Below are positions 62,180 through 64,000 of a DNA stretch of 64,000 bases, piece by piece. Every line of letters begins with the position of its first letter. The stretch's first letter is position 1. Source of the DNA: Podarcis gaigeae (taxonomy: Eukaryota); the NCBI GenBank assembly GCA_964106915.2, contig OZ066918.1; one strand, 5' to 3'. The translations under genes and the position numbers were made by a program. The notes beneath the pieces are model-generated. The model was not told where the DNA came from, made no database searches, and saw only the letters and a list, made by a program, of their open reading frames with translations.

Positions 62180-63194
62180 TTTAAATGGCCATTCTCCTTC
62201 ACTGCTGTTGTGGCAACAGCCTCTAATGTCTAGGCATCAACACTTGCAGCAAACGTCAGCTCATACTCATTTCGCTTTCTTGGCTTTATGGGTTGCAGAC
62301 AGATATGTACAAATGTCTGCCTGAATAGCATTTCCTGCCAGACTCACTCAACTTGGACATTTTTGCCTACAGACAATATTCAACTAAATCAAAGTGCTAG
62401 TGCACAGATTAGCTCAAGCACAATGGGACTTCCCTTTCTTCTCACCCCACATACACCTTATGCAATCCATGAATCTCCTCTTGAGGTTGAGAGAGTCCCC
62501 AGAACAGATAAAGGGGGGCATGGGAGGAGTAGAGGGGGGTGACATTCTGTTGTGCAAGAAGAAATCCTTGCACTAATAGAACATCCACCTTAGGTCAAAA
62601 CAAACCCAAGGAGGTTAAGATAGCCAGTAGATCAGGATAGACTAGCACTTTGCTCAGAGTTATTTTACTCCCACTAATTCACTAACAGCACATCAAAAAG
62701 TTTGCTGCTTTAAAAATTACTGCAGATTTTGCTGGATGCATCAACTTGGTTGTTACCAGGAAATTTAGTTCATTTTGTCACTTGCACGTATGCAGAAAAA
62801 TCTAACCCATTCCAGCATTTGTGCAAGAAATGGGGAAGCTTTGGCTGCCATGAACAGGCACATCAAAATTCAGAGAGGATGATAAACTATCTTGTTTCCA
62901 ATTTATTCAATATACCCAGGCAAAGGCATAAGGAGCTAATATATAATTATTACTAACATCCCATTTCAGCCAGAGCTGTTTTATTATTCTGATGAAGAAG
63001 ATGATTAATTTGCAGTCTCACAGAAGGAGAGAACATAAAGTTTATGCCTGGTGTGTAAGTCCCTTGACTATAACTTCATATCATTTTTGTTTGTCAAACT
63101 CAATCTGTTAATTTTCTCTTCATTTCTAATTTTTTCAACCTTAAGTTCAGTTCTTAACATTACCACATAAGTGGAATATATACTTTTTAAATAC

Positions 63195-63320
63195 AGTTTG
63201 GCCTTCCAGCAGTTTTCGGACTACAATTCCCATCATCCCTGACCACTAGTCCTGTTAGCTAGGGATGATTGGAGTTGTAGTCCAAAAACAGCTGGAGGGG
63301 CACGTTTGGCCACGACTGAC
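63195..63320. mobile_element. Short palindromic MITE-like repeat, well-preserved copy
   Basis: ccagcagttttcggactacaattcccatcatccct ... agggatgattggagttgtagtccaaaaacagctgg, long inverted arms. Confidence 0.7.
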
Positions 63321-64000
63321 TTAGAATATGCATCCTCATCAGAGGCAAATAGTTGTTAAATGCAACTGATGGTCCCATATTTATAGCTGGATTGAGGCCA
63401 TTATTCTAAGAGGACAGATTATCTAGGGGGAAAGAACAACTAGACACCAAAACAATCAGGAGCAGAAGCAAGAAAGGGAGAGAGTGGCAAAGAAAAATGA
63501 CACTCTGAAACCTCTGGAACAGATAAACTATAAAGATGTTGCAGGGATTGAGTCCTAATACGATTATTGCCCTGCCATCTGGGGATTAGCAATCTGTGGC
63601 CTCTAGCTCCCAGCACCCTCAGCCAGAATGGCCAATTGTCAGGAGGGCCACAGGTTGTTAATCCCCGCTTTAGTTATTTCAAACTACTGACTACTGCCAC
63701 TGACTACGAATGTTTCCACGGGTCATTCCTAAACTCATTTCTGAATAGAAAAAGCATAGTTCTCCAATCAATTTAGAAGCAGCAACTCTTTTACATTCTA
63801 TCCTTTACTAGCAATATTTACAAGTGACATTCCAGATGAAAAGGCATTCTTAGCATAATTTAAGAAAACACATTCAGAAGGAAATAGAAAGCCAGCCCTA
63901 AGCCTCTTCACACTGCATGTTTCTCCTCAAGGAAGGCTCCCCATCTTCACAGAAATTGTAAAGGGGCAGATTCCAATTTGCACTAATTTCACTTTTAAAT

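Noticed and set aside
56560-64000. Further NEURL1 exons (NHR domains)
   Set aside because: None recognised on the minus strand; treated as intron.
1-64000. CRISPR array, prokaryotic operons or intact autonomous transposon/retrovirus
   Set aside because: Eukaryotic exon-intron sequence; no regularly spaced direct repeats, LTR pair or intact transposase/RT ORF.

Overview
Vertebrate genomic DNA, most likely a squamate lizard; the Sauria-type SINEs with (ACCTTT)n tails suggest a lacertid. The + strand carries the last seven coding exons of SH3PXD2A (Tks5), 11488-33841, with a probably ~12 kb 3'UTR. The - strand carries the last two coding exons of NEURL1 (RING E3 ligase), 54553-56559, so the two genes lie tail-to-tail. 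Introns and UTRs contain four young Sauria SINEs, Tc1/mariner-type and hAT-type MITEs, L2/CR1 fragments, older tRNA- and 5S-derived SINE remnants and microsatellites. The standout is an 801-bp composite hAT element (25319-26119, 8-bp TSD, three TIRs) inserted into a SINE. It carries ~600 bp of CpG-island-like cargo: GC boxes, two CCAAT boxes 32 bp apart, a GC-rich leader and a Kozak ATG, pointing antisense to SH3PXD2A. This looks like a Pack-type transposon moving a promoter. Also notable are an inverted SINE pair flanking two symmetric exons (possible 198-nt circRNA with a stop-free frame) and an L2 whose endonuclease region is fused directly to its C-terminus. No prokaryotic features or CRISPR arrays. 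All family assignments are by eye, with no database search.
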